A program made the translations under genes and the position numbers. From NCBI GenBank assembly GCA_030324005.1, contig JARDVH010000193.1, forward strand, positions 34,562,226 to 34,626,225: a DNA stretch of 64,000 nucleotides. The letters are read 5' to 3'. Shown piece after piece: positions 35,885 to 48,601 of the stretch. The stretch is from Negaprion brevirostris. Its lineage: Eukaryota. The notes beneath the pieces were generated by a model that saw nothing but the letters and a program-made list of their open reading frames with translations, searched no databases and was not told where the DNA came from. The first letter of the stretch is position 1. Each line of letters starts with the position of its first letter.

Positions 35885-36125
35885 CACAACTGGTAACAAT
35901 GCCTTCAAGTCAAATTCCCTCCCAAAACTCTCACCTTCTCCACATCTCTTTAATTGTTCAAGATGTTTTTAAAATTTATATCTTTGACCAAACTTTTGGT
36001 CATCTGCCTTAACATCTCCTTTCAACAAAGCATCAAATGTTGTTTGCTATTACTCCTGCAAAATGGCTTGGGACATTTTGCTATGTTAAAGGTGCTATTT
36101 AAAAACAAGTTGTTGTTGTTGTTTA
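35885..36125 (+). mobile_element. L2 3' tail
   Basis: 'tctttgaccaaacttttggtcatctgcc...cttgggacattttgctatgttaaaggtgctat...aagttgttgttg'. Confidence 0.8.
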
Positions 36126-37074
36126 GCTGTGCAGTTTACTTGCCCCTGAAATAAGCAGGGGGATCATGGTATGTGACTAACTTGTGCCCATTTATTGCAA
36201 TGCAGGCAGGATGCCAACTTCATGCTGCCTGCTCAGTTAAATGATCTCTGAGTCCAGCCAGCACTTATCATGCTGTTCACTGGCTGGATACCTCAGCAGG
36301 CAGCTAATATCATGAGTGGCTAACTCCACTTAAAGATAGCCTGCACCTTCTAAAGGGAAGAATAATACTGTACAGGTACTGCACCTGTACAATATTGCGG
36401 CAGGTGCTGGAGTCATGATCGACCTGAGGAAATAAGGAATGGATCAACTAGGCAGAGATTAGACTCCAAAGATTTTGAGTGCTACAAAAGAAATCTTGAT
36501 ACAAGGGGTGGAAAAGAAGAGAGGTATTCTGAATCTGCAGCAGGGAACGAGGCCTTCTGAAGACATGGTCAAAATGTAGTGGAAGCTAGCCCACGTCCTG
36601 AATGACTAAGATGGAGTGCCAGAAACAGGTCCAAGGCCTCATATAAATGGTTAAAAGTTTAATTGTTATTGCTTACCAACTGCACCATTAAACTCAACCA
36701 TTGCTCAAATCATCAAGCCCCCATCACATACTTACCAACAATCTTGATAAATCAGGCCTCATACCTAATGCTCCTAAGCTTCATCTCATCACACACTTGA
36801 CACTGCTGCAGGACTGATGCTCACATCTATCAGACTGCACACACTGCAGCCCAAAGACAGCCACATCATCATAACATTCAGTGATACACTTCCTCTCTCT
36901 TACAGGACTTGGTGGCACAAAACTGGAGGAAATGCAGGAACTAACCAGAAGGGAATCCAGGAAAAATGCCTGGGTGTCCAAACCTGCGTGTTCACCATTA
37001 CTGGAACAGCCATTGCTAAGTGTTTGGCCAGGGGTCTGGATAAATCTACTGAAGATGGCCACACCCTCATTCCT

Positions 37075-37835
37075 AATGCAGGTGAGAGATTGAGGAGCTC
37101 TGAGGTGCAGAGGGATCTGGGTGTCCTACANNNNNNNNNNATGAATCACAAAAGGCTAGTATAGAGGTACAGCAAGTAGTTAGGAAAGCTAATAGGATGT
37201 TATAGTTTATTGCGAGGGGAATTGATAAAAATGTAAGCAGGTTATGCTTCAGTTGTACAGCATACTGGTGACCACGGCTGGAGTTCTGTGTACAATATCG
37301 GTCACCTTATTTAAGAAAAAGTGTAAATGCATTAGGAGCAGTTCAGAGAAGATTTACCAACCTAATTTCAGGAATGGCAAGTTGCTTTATGAGGAAAGGT
37401 TGGAGGGATTAAGTTTGTACCCACTAGGGTCTAGAAGAGTAAGAGATGACTTGATCGAAACTTTCAAGACCCTGAGGGGTACTGACAGGGTGGATATGGA
37501 GAGGATCCTTCTTTATGTCAGGGATTCTAGAACTCTGGGTCACTGTTTAAAAATAAAAAGCCACTCATTTAAGACAGAGATGAGGAGAATTTTTTTCTAA
37601 GGATTGTAAGTCTCTGTAACTCTCTTCCTCGAAAGACAGTGAAAGCAGAGTCTGCATATTTCTTAAGGCAGAGCTAGATAAAATTCTTGATTAACAAGAG
37701 GGTGAAGGCTATCATGGTTACGCTGGAATATAAGGTTGAGGTTACAACCAGATCAGCCATGATCTTATTGAATGGCAGAGCAGGCTCAAGGGGCTAAGTG
37801 GCCTAATCTTGCTCCGAATTTGTATGTTCATATTT
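37075..37835 (+). mobile_element. 5'-truncated CR1 LINE
   Basis: GERLRSSEVQRDLGVL and YEERLEGLSLYPLGSRRVRDDLIETFKTLRG...FKTEMRRIFF, followed by the CR1 tail. Confidence 0.92.
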
Positions 37836-38879
37836 TCTCTGCATCCCACTCCTTCCTCATCTGCCACTCACTTCTGATTTAAATGATGCAGGCACCTCTT
37901 ACATTCAACCCCTTCCCATACTACTATCTTAACTTGGGCTTCTTTTTCGTTCAGATACCAAAGAAACACTAGTTAGTCAGGAATTGGAGGAACACCACAA
38001 AAAATAGTGGGATTAAGTCAAAGCACCATCACTTGATTTCACATTCACAGTCATCAGTTCAAATACTAGCATTGGATGTAACTTGGAGGATAGGTCGGAA
38101 GCAGGATCTGGTGAAGCAAGGGTACGAGTGGCTGACAGCTAGGATAGGACAGGTGCCAGCTTGCCAGGGAGTAAGATCGTACACCAGTTCTCCTGTAATA
38201 AATTGGGAAGAGCAGTTGACAGAAGAACAATGATGGGCATGCATGCCAAAATGCTAGTTACATTGGGAAGCATTCCAGAAATCCTGGAGTTAATGACAAG
38301 GAGCTTTAAGGAAGCAGGAATGAAATTTACACAGGAATTTGCACAGAGCTTCGAGTCCATCCCTTCCAGCATTGGAGAGATGTCCAACTCCGTTCACACA
38401 TTTGTGAACCCAACAAAAATGCAGAACATGATGCCACTTTCATTGCAGCATAAGCAGCAACCTACCCAACATCTGGGTGTTGAGTTTACTACCTTACAAG
38501 CTCAGACTCCTGCCATCATGACTGCAGATTACAGACTGCAAACTTTATTCAGGATGTCACAGCAGTCCAGCAATCTGTCCTCCAGAAATTAGTAGAATTG
38601 GTGAGGTGCCACCCAGGGACTGCGCAATGGTGTCATTGAGCAAGAACCTGCTAAATGTTCTCAGGTGACAACATTTCTGCTCCCACATTGAACCAAAGAA
38701 TCCTGACAGTGCAGAAGGAGGCCATTCAGCCCATTGTGTCTGCACCAACTTCTGAAAGAGCATCTTACACAGTCCCACCCATACCCCATCTTTGTCTCAG
38801 TGTAAAAAAAGGCCCTCACTCTTCACACCCTCCAAATACTCCCCATGCCACCTCATGCCCCCCGCTACTCTCTATGTCC

Positions 38880-39240
38880 CCTCCTGTCATCTTCCTGAAA
38901 ACAGGTAGGGACCTCAGATCGGAGTAAGGAGAGCTTAAAGATCTCTGCGAGTATTCCCATACGGTAGCCAGTGCAGGATCTGAGTGCTCATCAGGGTACC
39001 CCAACCAAGCCCATTGCTTTCCACGGGTTAACGCCCAAGGTGGCTGATCTGAGTCGGTGCTCAGATGGTGTCTCCATCTAAGTCGGTGGTGAACTTGGAT
39101 ACTGGTTCAACTGAGGCTCCCAGTGCAGATGCTGTCCTCTCACTAACCTTGTGTTCAAAACAAGCATAGAATGCACTGAGCTCATCGAAGAGCAGTATAT
39201 AGGTGGTAGCAATTCTACTAAGCAAAGAAGGAGCTCTCCT
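38880..39240 (-). mobile_element. Rex1/Babar LINE fragment
   Basis: DELSAFYACFEHKVSE and NPWKAMG..GVP motifs, homologous to 4090-4260. Confidence 0.75.
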
Positions 39241-40928
39241 AGCGTTCTTATAGCTGTCTGGGCTCTTATTTAAGCATACATAATAAGACTTGGCCAAAAG
39301 CTCTTCACCCCAGACGAAACATTGACCTTGGGGTCAATTCCATGAATTAACATAAAAAACTCGCATATTGGGGTCGATTCTCCTAGTCCACTGCATGCAA
39401 CAGGCCGGGAGACATCAGCGGAAGCCATTTAGCAGGCTTCTTGCTGGTTGCCACAGTCTCCATGCATCTCAAAGCTTTTTGGAGTCATCAGCTCCGCACC
39501 ATAAATCGGCACAGTGGGGTTTATTACTGCTCCCCATGAACAGGGAACANNNNNNNNNNNNNNNNNNNNNNNNNNNNNNNNNNNNNNNNNNNNNNNNNNN
39601 NNNNNNNNNNNNNNNNNNNNNNNNNNNNNNNNNNNNNNNNNNNNNNNNNNNNNNNNNNNNNNNNNNNNNNNNNNNNNNNNNNNNNNNNNNNNNNNNNNNN
39701 NNNNNNNNNNNNNNNNNNNNNNNNNNNNNNNNNNNNNNNNNNNNNNNNNNNNNNNNNNNNNNNNNNNNNNNNNNNNNNNNNNNNNNNNNNNNNNNNNNNN
39801 NNNNNNNNNNNNNNNNNNNNNNNNNNNNNNNNNNNNNNNNNNNNNNNNNNNNNNNNNNNNNNNNNNNNNNNNNNNNNNNNNNNNNNNNNNNNNNNNNNNN
39901 NNNNNNNNNNNNNNNNNNNNNNNNNNNNNNNNNNNNNNNNNNNNNNNNNNNNNNNNNNNNNNNNNNNNNNNNNNNNNNNNNNNNNNNNNNNNNNNNNNNN
40001 NNNNNNNNNNNNNNNNNNNNNNNNNNNNNNNNNNNNNNNNNNNNNNNNNNNNNNNNNNNNNNNNNNNNNNNNNNNNNNNNNNNNNNNNNNNNNNNNNNNN
40101 NNNNNNNNNNNNNNNNNNNNNNNNNNNNNNNNNNNNNNNNNNNNNNNNNNNNNNNNNNNNNNNNNNNNNNNNNNNNNNNNNNNNNNNNNNNNNNNNNNNN
40201 NNNNNNNNNNNNNNNNNNNNNNNNNNNNNNNNNGTACAGGTTGGGAAATTATTCCTTGAACACCCAAGGCATTCTGAGTCCTGCTCCTCAGCAGCTGCCT
40301 GTTCTACTCTTTATGGTCTCTGTTCATTTTTGTAGACATGGTGCATTAGTTAGTGGGCACTCCCTTAAAATACAGCATTAATGAGAGAACCGTATAGAAA
40401 GCTCCCTTGTCGAATCGTAGCAACAGCCAAAACAAAATCAATCAGTAACTAACCTTGCAGATTGTGGAATATCCCTTTAAATAGTGGTATTGGTGGGTTA
40501 GTTTTCTCTGCTGCTGAACCTGTGTTCAGTTATACGTGCTTATGAGAATCCTTTGGCTGGAATGTTGTGCTCCAAAATGGGAGCGCTAATGTCAAATCAG
40601 AAAGTCATGATCTGTCGGCAAAGCATTGCTTACAATGGATTTTCACTGTAAACTACATCAATACGACACACGGTGCTATTTGTACTATGTGTGTATGCCC
40701 ATGCCCTGTGGGTGCCTTTCTGAACACCTAAGGGTCTGCATCATGTGCAAAGAACAGATGCCAATGACCCCAAATTTCTCACTTGTACCTCTCCTCATCC
40801 ACCCCAACCTCCCAATTTCCTTCAATACAGTTCAATATTCCATTCTTCTCTGTGTCTCTTCTTTGAAATTCACCTCTGACATTAGTTACTCATGAATTCA
40901 TTGTGCCCCCATCCTAAAATAGATATTA

Positions 40929-41103
40929 TGGGGCAGATTTTCACTTTGGGCAAGAAGGTGATGAATTGGTATTGCTCATACGACTTAGGTTCCGGGTGAT
41001 TTTTCATTTACTTCAATTGAAATGAAAATCTTGTGGGTTCCAGGATATGCAGGCAATCCATACTGTTGCATTTACTGTGCAAGGGTCAATGAAAATTATT
41101 CCC
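40929..41103. mobile_element. Palindromic MITE-like element
   Basis: Ends 'ggggcagattttca' / 'tgaaaattattccc'; central inverted core 'gatttttcatt...aatgaaaatc'. Confidence 0.55.
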
Positions 41104-41779
41104 TACATTGTTGCTACAGGTCACAAATGCTTGGTCCACAAAATACTCTTTTCCCTTGACAGATGCACCATGTCAACAGGAGCATCATTCATTTAGTCCA
41201 CTGCAGAACTGTCATGTTAGGTGGCTGTCATGCACAGTTAAGCAGAGCATTGGACATGCAGTGTGACTGCAGAAAATGAAACAGAATAAAAACTCAACAA
41301 AAATACATGCCATGGAACAAAAGACTATGTGAAAGTCTATGTGATAGAATGCAAGATCTGTTACATATTTGTTAGCACTGAAGTAATGTAACTCTGGAAT
41401 TATTTTAATTAAAAGAACCAGGATTTTTCCAAATGCATGGCCCTAGTTTTGTTTTAGTAAAGAAAGATAAGGGTTGTTCTTCGCTGACAACATTTTGAAA
41501 AATATTCACAGGATACAATATACATGATGTAGCTGGTAGTGGATAAGCTTTATCAATTGGTTAAGTTATTGCAATCCTGGAGTCTAATTCCAGGGAGGGA
41601 TTGAGTGCTGATAAGGTGTATTATGTATTTGCCTTTTGCGCCAATATCTTCTGAGATAGGTTACCATTTTGACATTTCTCCTGTGCAGCAATATGCCAGA
41701 AGAGAATATGGCAACTGTTTTTGAATGGCAACTTCAGAAGCTTTTTAAAAACAGTTTGATTGGTAGCAACATTAAGATA

Positions 41780-42670
41780 CTTCATAATATTTTGTTTTCC
41801 TCTATGTTTTCCAAACAAGGATGGATACTCAGCAAACATATCAAGTTAGTAGAGATAAATTTGGGTGTTGCCACTATACATGTGGAAGCTGAACTCATGT
41901 GTGCAAATTATGTTGCCAAGGGCAGCATGTAGATGAGGAAGAAGAAAAGACTGAGGACAGATCCTTGAGAGAGACCAGAAGTAACGGCTTGGGGCAGGAA
42001 GAGAAACGATGGCTGCGAGGTACATCACAAATGTTAGACAAAGTAAGAGGAACCAAGCGATGGCAAATCCACTGAGCTGAACAACACAAGAGGAAATGGT
42101 GGTAGCGGAAGGTGTAGTGTGATTAACTATGCTGAGAGGTTACGCAAGGATTTGGGGGGGAGATAGTGGCACAGTGCTATTATCAATAGACTAGTAACCC
42201 AGAGGCCGAGGCTAATGCTCTGGGAATAGCACAGCAGCAGTTGGTGAAAGTTAAATTCAGTTAATAAATCTGGCATATGAAGCTGATCTCAGTAAAAATC
42301 AATCTGGTTCACTAATTCACTGCAAGGAAGGAAATCTTCCATTCTTACTAGGCCTGGCCTATGTGTAACTCCAGACCCCCAGCAATGTGGTTGACCCTTA
42401 ACTGCCCTCTGAAATGGTCTAGCAAGCCACTCAGTTTGGGGGCAACTAGGAATGCTAATCTCGCCAGCAGCACCTACATCCCGTGAAAGAATAAAAAGAA
42501 ACAAATCTAACACACCACGGTCACAGCCATAAAGATGTTATTTATGACTTTGATTTGGGCTGTTTCGGTGTTGTGGCAGGGGCAGCAACTTGATTGAAGA
42601 GAGGTAAGCATGGCACTGTAGGAAAAACGAGCATAGACCCGGGAAGCAATATCACAAGTAAACACTTCAA
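41780..42670 (-). mobile_element. Old L2 fragment interrupted by a SINE
   Basis: Reverse YA.D region ('ttgggtgttgccactatacatgtggaagct') and 'aggacagatccttg' (QGS.L). Confidence 0.65.
42160..42500 (+). mobile_element. tRNA-headed SINE of a third family
   Basis: Head 'agtggcacagtg...gactagtaacccagagg', body 'ctggttcactaat...aaggaaggaaatct', tail 'gccagcagcacctacatcccgtgaaagaataaaa'. Confidence 0.75.
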
Positions 42671-42795
42671 GTCAGCAGTACTCAGTTAAATGAAAAAAAG
42701 TTACAAAAATGTTTGTACAAAAAAATTAAATGACGGGTTACTTTAATCATAATCTGCAATTATTCAATGTCAAGTGGCAACAACACTGAAGCTCA

Positions 42796-43030
42796 GGACA
42801 GATTTTTCAATTCCTGCATAATACCATTGAGTCAACTGGATGCACTGAATAAAGGAAAATGAGACAGAAGGAACATACTCCCCTAATGGAGCTCAGCCAA
42901 TCTTTTGTCCATTAATTTAAATGAATGAAAAACTGGGTGGCCTCCTAGACAGCCATGTACTCCTGGCTTATCCAATTTTCCTCTATTCAATGGATCCAGA
43001 TAGCCCTAGACATAGGAAAATAGGAGCCCT
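42796..43030. mobile_element. Palindromic MITE-like element
   Basis: Arms 'tggatgcactgaataaaggaaaat' / 'attttcctctattcaatggatcca' around an AT-rich centre; GGGC-type end 'aggagccc'. Confidence 0.5.
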
Positions 43031-43705
43031 GATATTTAACTTGCCTAGATGTCTGCGCCAGAATGAAATATGAAGTACAGCACTAATTTATGTTTATTCT
43101 GAAAATTTAAAAAAATCAATTACAAGATTCCTTTAAATTCCCTATTGATATTTTGAGATTGGGATTTTAAAAAAATCATTTTGATGTGTGATATAAATGA
43201 GTTTAAGATTTTTTTCCTCAATAATGAAGGAATACATTATGTGGTGTATTTTTAATGACTGTATGATGGTCTTCATTTTAAGTCTGTGTAAGTTTCTGCA
43301 ATTGACATCAAAATCCATAATACTTCTCCTACATCCAAGATGTTTGAACAATGTTTAAAAGTTCTACATTGAACTTAAAGCCACTTTCAACAAAAGCACT
43401 AAAACTCAGTGAAAAAACACCATTGAAATAATCTTTATCAGACAATGTACATAGAGATCTAAATGTAAGCTCCACCTGCTGCATAGCCATACAGGCCTCA
43501 CTACAGTCTAGTGCTAATCTGTCTTGTTATCCCGTTTACGTAGTGCCATTCTTTTTCAGCATCAATGTCAAAAGATAATCAAACTGCCAAATGGCCTTTT
43601 TGAGCAAGGATGCTTTATGCAGATAAAAAAAGAACGAGGTCTATCGACACAAAGAATTTGCTGGCTATGCTTTGTTCTGTATTTTTAATTTTTTTCAAGA
43701 TGCAA

Positions 43706-44260
43706 AGGGCATGAAATTGCAATTTGTACTGCCAGTTGTTTGGGTGCTATGAGGGCTGTTTGGGGACCAAAACTGGGTCAGATACATACGCGCACTTTTT
43801 CTGCAAATCATGCAAGTTCTCCCTTTGGTAAAGGACAAAGACGTCTTTTACCATGTCTGAAGCAAGTATTAGTCCATTTGCATATGCAAATAGGAGACCT
43901 AATGCCTGCTTGTGGTCCTGCTGGCAACTTTCGTTTACCCTGAGGCAACTAGTGCTGGTATTGATGACCTCTGCAAAGACCAATCTGACAGTACGCCCCA
44001 GTCCCTCAACAGTACTCCCTGAGGTCTGCCATCTTCCAACGTGGTCCCTCCAAAAGGACTCCCAAGTCTTGCAATCTTCATATCCAATCCTTTGCCCATA
44101 TGCAATTACTCACTCTGAAGCCTACCTAGCTCTCCTCCAGACCCCCCACAATCCAAATCAATCACTCACCTGAAAACTGGAGCAGTAACCTGTGTGGGCT
44201 ACCACCAGTTTTGTGGTAAGGTCTGAGACCCAAAATCTGGGGTTCCATGTACCTCCCCAT
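43706..44260. mobile_element. Harbinger-type non-autonomous remnant
   Basis: Starts 'gggcatgaaattg'; internal palindrome 'atttgcatatgcaaat'; C-rich interior. Confidence 0.4.
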
Positions 44261-45930
44261 TTGAGTGCACACGGTTAACACTGTGCAGGTAAGGCAGCCA
44301 AATATGGGCCAATATGCTACCAAAGAAAAATACCTTCTGCACAAATATAAGCAGCACTGAAACAATTTAGGATGCAGTAAATTAAATCAGCAGCTATTAG
44401 CCTTGTTCCTTACCTCTTCGATAGTACCTTGCATATATTATTTTGAATCATCTGCAGTTAATACTAGCCAACCAGTTCTTTGAAGCTTCTTACTATCTAC
44501 ATGTCCCAATATATAGACATGAGTATTTTTTCATTAAAGAGAATGCAAACCACTGACTATATAGCATGTTTTATTGCCTAATTTAGTAATCATAAATTGC
44601 CCAATCTTTATGTCGTGTGGATATTCTTTATCAAACTGACTTTTTTCATTTACAATCTTACAGCATTTACACAAAGTAATTATGCAAAGTAAAATCTTAT
44701 TTTGTCATGTTTCTGTTCTTAATTTTTAGCATCTTATTTGTGCTGGTAACAACATTAATGAAAGTTAGATATTAAAATAGATGTGAGCAGAGGATTACAT
44801 CCTGGTATCGTGTTGCAAAAAGGTGGAGAACTCACATTGCAAACTTTCATAATGCAATTATTTTGAAATATAAAGTACTTTTCATTTGAGTTTTTTGAAT
44901 ATCTTTTTTTAGCCTGCAGTTTGAAGCATGGCCTAAACGACAGCTGTGAAGGCCTCTCCCCAGCTCAGCCCTGCAGGAGCTCTAATGTACTTCATTCAGG
45001 GGCTGGGAGCTGCTTTTAATCTATCAGCACGACTCCGCAGCTGCTGTAAGCTAGCTGAAAATGGTCTGCACTTGGGGCTTAACTTTTGTAACCCTTTATG
45101 TACAACACATGTTCAAAAATATATCAGAATAGCAAAAGGCTTTGGAAAAATTACTATTTTAGGAAGCTTTCGAAACAAGATGGTAAAGATGTTCTTGGTT
45201 CAAATCAAATCCAAAACTGATGTGATAACTGCCTCTTCTCCGTGCGGGATATCTAGGAGAAATTTAATTGGCCAGTCTCCACTTCCTGTGGGCGTGGTGA
45301 CAGCCCTAAGTAAGTCATAAATTGCCAAAAACGCATGGCATAACAATGGCACAGTAGCGAGGGGTTTATGAGAATGACGCATTGCTGGGGAAGAGGGAAG
45401 AGATTCTACAGTGCAACTCTCCTGAGCTGGGAGACCTTAATGCAGATTCTGGATGTTCAAAGTGAGAAAGGTTCAATTTTGTACAAACTTCCCTCACCTT
45501 GCTGAACACAATAATTTGTACTATGTAGACATATATATTGTATATAAAAGTGATGGTGCCCCAGAAGAAATACCTCATTTATAAGGTGGAAAAGGTGTAA
45601 CTTTCTCAAACTGGATGATAACAAATGCTTTGTATGTAATTCGATGAAATCCTATAGCCATACTCATCCAGTCAAATATCTCAACATGCCTGCTTTCTAA
45701 ATAAATCAGATTGTTTGTACCCTGGCTTCTTCTTTGATCATATTATGACTGAACATTACTTGTTTCTATAATTCAAATGTTCCAGTGTTTGATTCAGAAC
45801 ATTTAGATGTTAAGAAACTCAAAACAACTAAAAGAATAATCTTCAGGAAATTTCAGTCATATCAAATGCTAACAAGCTGTCAAAAATACTCAAAAAACAG
45901 TCATTGCATTTTGGAAAGAAAAAGCACTCC

Positions 45931-46642
45931 TGGGCTGTATCTGCACTAGTGAATTATCTGGGATACAGATGCAGAGGACAGTTTGCAACCAGTATCACTG
46001 GACTTGTTTGGGTGGCTGTTTGAGGTTGAGAATTTTCATTCCGCCTGCCATTCCACTGGACTCCAGCTAAAATATCAGCGGGGGAAGGGACTACCAACAG
46101 GAACACCAGCTGCCCTGGAGATGGGATTTTTACCTCTTAGAGACAGGAAGTCCTGCCTCACAATGCTGCCAGCCAATCAGAGACCACAGCTCTTCACCAC
46201 CACGGACCAGTGGGAGGCATTTGAGGATGAAATGGAATGGGTTAGTGTTTGGGGGTCTCATTGGTGCCAAGTTGACAGCCCGTGTTGAAAGGGTTGCGGG
46301 CTGGGGCTTGTGAGGCCATGAGGGCAGGGCCACCTTTGGCGGACCTTCTGATAGACACAAGAGCTTTGTGGGCCCAGTCTGCACAGTGAAACCTATTTAT
46401 CTGGCTGCTTGGCCATTCCTGCCATTTGTTAAATGCGGGCGATGGTGGGATGAGGCAGTAAGTGGACATTAGCTGCCCACTTAAGAGCCTCACTTGGCCT
46501 CCTGGCAGGTGAGCTGCCCACTGCCCCCCAACACTGCTGGTATATCGGTTAGACAGATGGTAGGCAGCCTGCCCACTGGATTTAAAATGCCCCCCCGCCC
46601 CACCTTCAAATCCAATTCATCGGGGAGCATTAAATTCAGCCC
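45931..46642. mobile_element. Harbinger-type non-autonomous DNA transposon
   Basis: Termini 'gggctgtat' / 'aaattcagccc'; GC-rich interior with 'gccaatcagag' and 'gcccacttaagagcctc' motifs. Confidence 0.55.
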
Positions 46643-47426
46643 AATGTCTTTAAACTTCTGAGAGGCAAATTAGTGTTCAAAGGACACTAATTTGTACATT
46701 TTTGAACAGGTTTCAGGGCATAAAAATAAGCCACTTTATTGAGTAAAGGTAACATTTCTAAATGTAAAAAGTTAGGAAGGCAAAATTTAAAGACGGATCA
46801 AAGTAAACACAAACATACCTACTAAAAAATGAATTTATTATTTTATGCCCAAACGTCAATTTTGAAGTTGTTCGTCAAATTATTATTGTTGCAACTGAGA
46901 ACAATAAACTCCACATACTTAACCAGTATCTTCCTGATCTGACTGGCTCCGTGCCATACTATGCTGTGCATTTGCATAATAAGGGATGAATTTTATGCTC
47001 TCCCATGGGTAAGTTAGCAGGTTGGGGGGGTTTAGGCTATCGTTGCTCTTAGGTGCTGTTGGAAGCATAAAGCCCTCACTTGCTCTTTAACGCGCATGTA
47101 GGGCATGACACAAAGGGAGATGGAAGAAGAGCAAAAACTCTANNNNNNNNNNNNNNNNNNNNNNNNNNNNNNNNNNNNNNNNNNNNNNNNNNNNNNNNNN
47201 NNNNNNNNNNNNNNNNNNNNNNNNNNNNNNNNNNNNNNNNNNNNNNNNNNNNNNNNNNNNNNNNNNNNNNNNNNNNNNNNNNNNNNNNNNNNNNNNNNNN
47301 NNNNNNNNNNNNNNNNNNNNNNNNNNNNNNNNNNNNNNNNNNNNNNNNNNNNNNNNNNNNNNNNNNNNNNNNNNNNNNNNNNNNNNNNNNNNNNNNNNNN
47401 NNNNNNNNNNNNNNNNNNNNNNNNNN

Positions 47427-47650
47427 GGGGACTCTTGCCTTTGAGCTAAAAAGTCATGGGTTTAAGACTACTCAAGGTTTTCAGTACATAATTGAATCAG
47501 ATATTGCAGTACTGCACTGAGGGAATGCAGTATGGTTAGAGCTGCCTGCTTTCAGGTGAAATATCAAATCCGAAATCCCATTTGCTGCTTTCATTTGAGT
47601 GAAAAAGATCCCGTGGAACTATTTGAAGTGAAATTCTCCCTTTGCCTTGG
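47427..47650 (+). mobile_element. Deu-domain SINE (SacSINE1/AmnSINE-related)
   Basis: tRNA-like head, then 'gcactgagggaatgc...ctgcctgctttcaggtgaaat...aaaagatcccgtggaactatttgaag'. Confidence 0.75.
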
Positions 47651-48406
47651 TCTACACTTATCTGCAAATGCCCCTCAGCAGTATGACAGATGATGTCTTG
47701 CTATATGATGTTGATCTTATAGAGGTGTGGTGGTGAGGAGAAGAGTTGGCAAAACATGTAGCTGGCGAGTGCTTCTTTTTGTGTTTAAGAAATGTATTGA
47801 GAATGAGAGTGAGCTGAAGACTGACACTGAATGGAATGAGACGCACTTCTTTCCCTGACTGTCAATATTTTCCCATCATCCCCAGAGAAGGAATATATGG
47901 ACCACCCCATCAATGATATTTGGCCAGAATTAAACCTTGCTATTGGGGCTTATTGCCTCAGTGAAGATCACATTCTGAGACAGCAGACCCAAATCTGTTG
48001 ACAATATATTGACTGCTATCAATTAGAGTATTAGTGTCAGATACAAAGGGTTTTAGGTCAAAGAGGAAGAAGCTTCCTGCCACACTTCCCAAACTTAAGT
48101 TGGGATATTATGCTCTGCCTGGATCCCCACCTGTCCACACACTGATCCCAATGCCAAATGACAGGGCCATTAAGTAGGTCGAGCCGCTGGGAAGGAAGTA
48201 CCCTCTTCAAGACTCAACAGCGTGACCAAGAGTGGTTACCAGAGATGCAGACTGCAGCCATACCCCAACAAAAATTGTCACTGGAGCAGTGGATTTCATC
48301 GCTAAGGCCTGGCCAGCAGGCCCTGGTAAGGCATGGGAGGATGAATTGAAACAGGTTAGTATCAGTTGGGGAGTTGGAGGGGGGGAATGTTGATGTCNNN
48401 NNNNNN

Positions 48407-48601
48407 TTTCATTTGACTGAAGCAGCAGATGGAATTATGGATTGACATTTCACCTGAAAGTAGGCAGCTCCAATACTACAGCATTCCCTCAATGCAGCAC
48501 TGCAATGTCTGCTTCAATTATGTACTGAAGACCTTGAGTGGGCTTAAATCCATGACTTTCTAGCTCAAAGGCAAGAGTGCTCCCACTGAGCCAAGACTGA
48601 C
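48407..48601 (-). mobile_element. Deu-domain SINE, inverted relative to the 47427 copy
   Basis: Reverse complement begins 'gtcagtcttggctcagtgggagcactcttgcctttgagctag' and aligns to 47431-47604. Confidence 0.8.

Larger units (their letters stand above)
36150..40720. mobile_element. Decayed PIF/Harbinger transposon: spliced Myb/SANT-like gene (+) and transposase N-terminus (-), with nested CR1, SINE tail, Rex and MITE
   Basis: At 36439, MDQLGRD*TPKILSATKEILIQGVEKKRGIL...W...ECQKQVQGL (Myb-like), then an intron ending cttacag at 36905 and DLVAQNWRK. Residual ORF at 38161-38592. Minus-strand RQLLRSRT..WVFKE near 40240-40310. Confidence 0.5.

Noticed and set aside
39368-40381. Longest ORFs in the track (337, 273 and 247 aa) and other X-rich ORFs
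   Set aside because: Artefacts of translating through N gaps.
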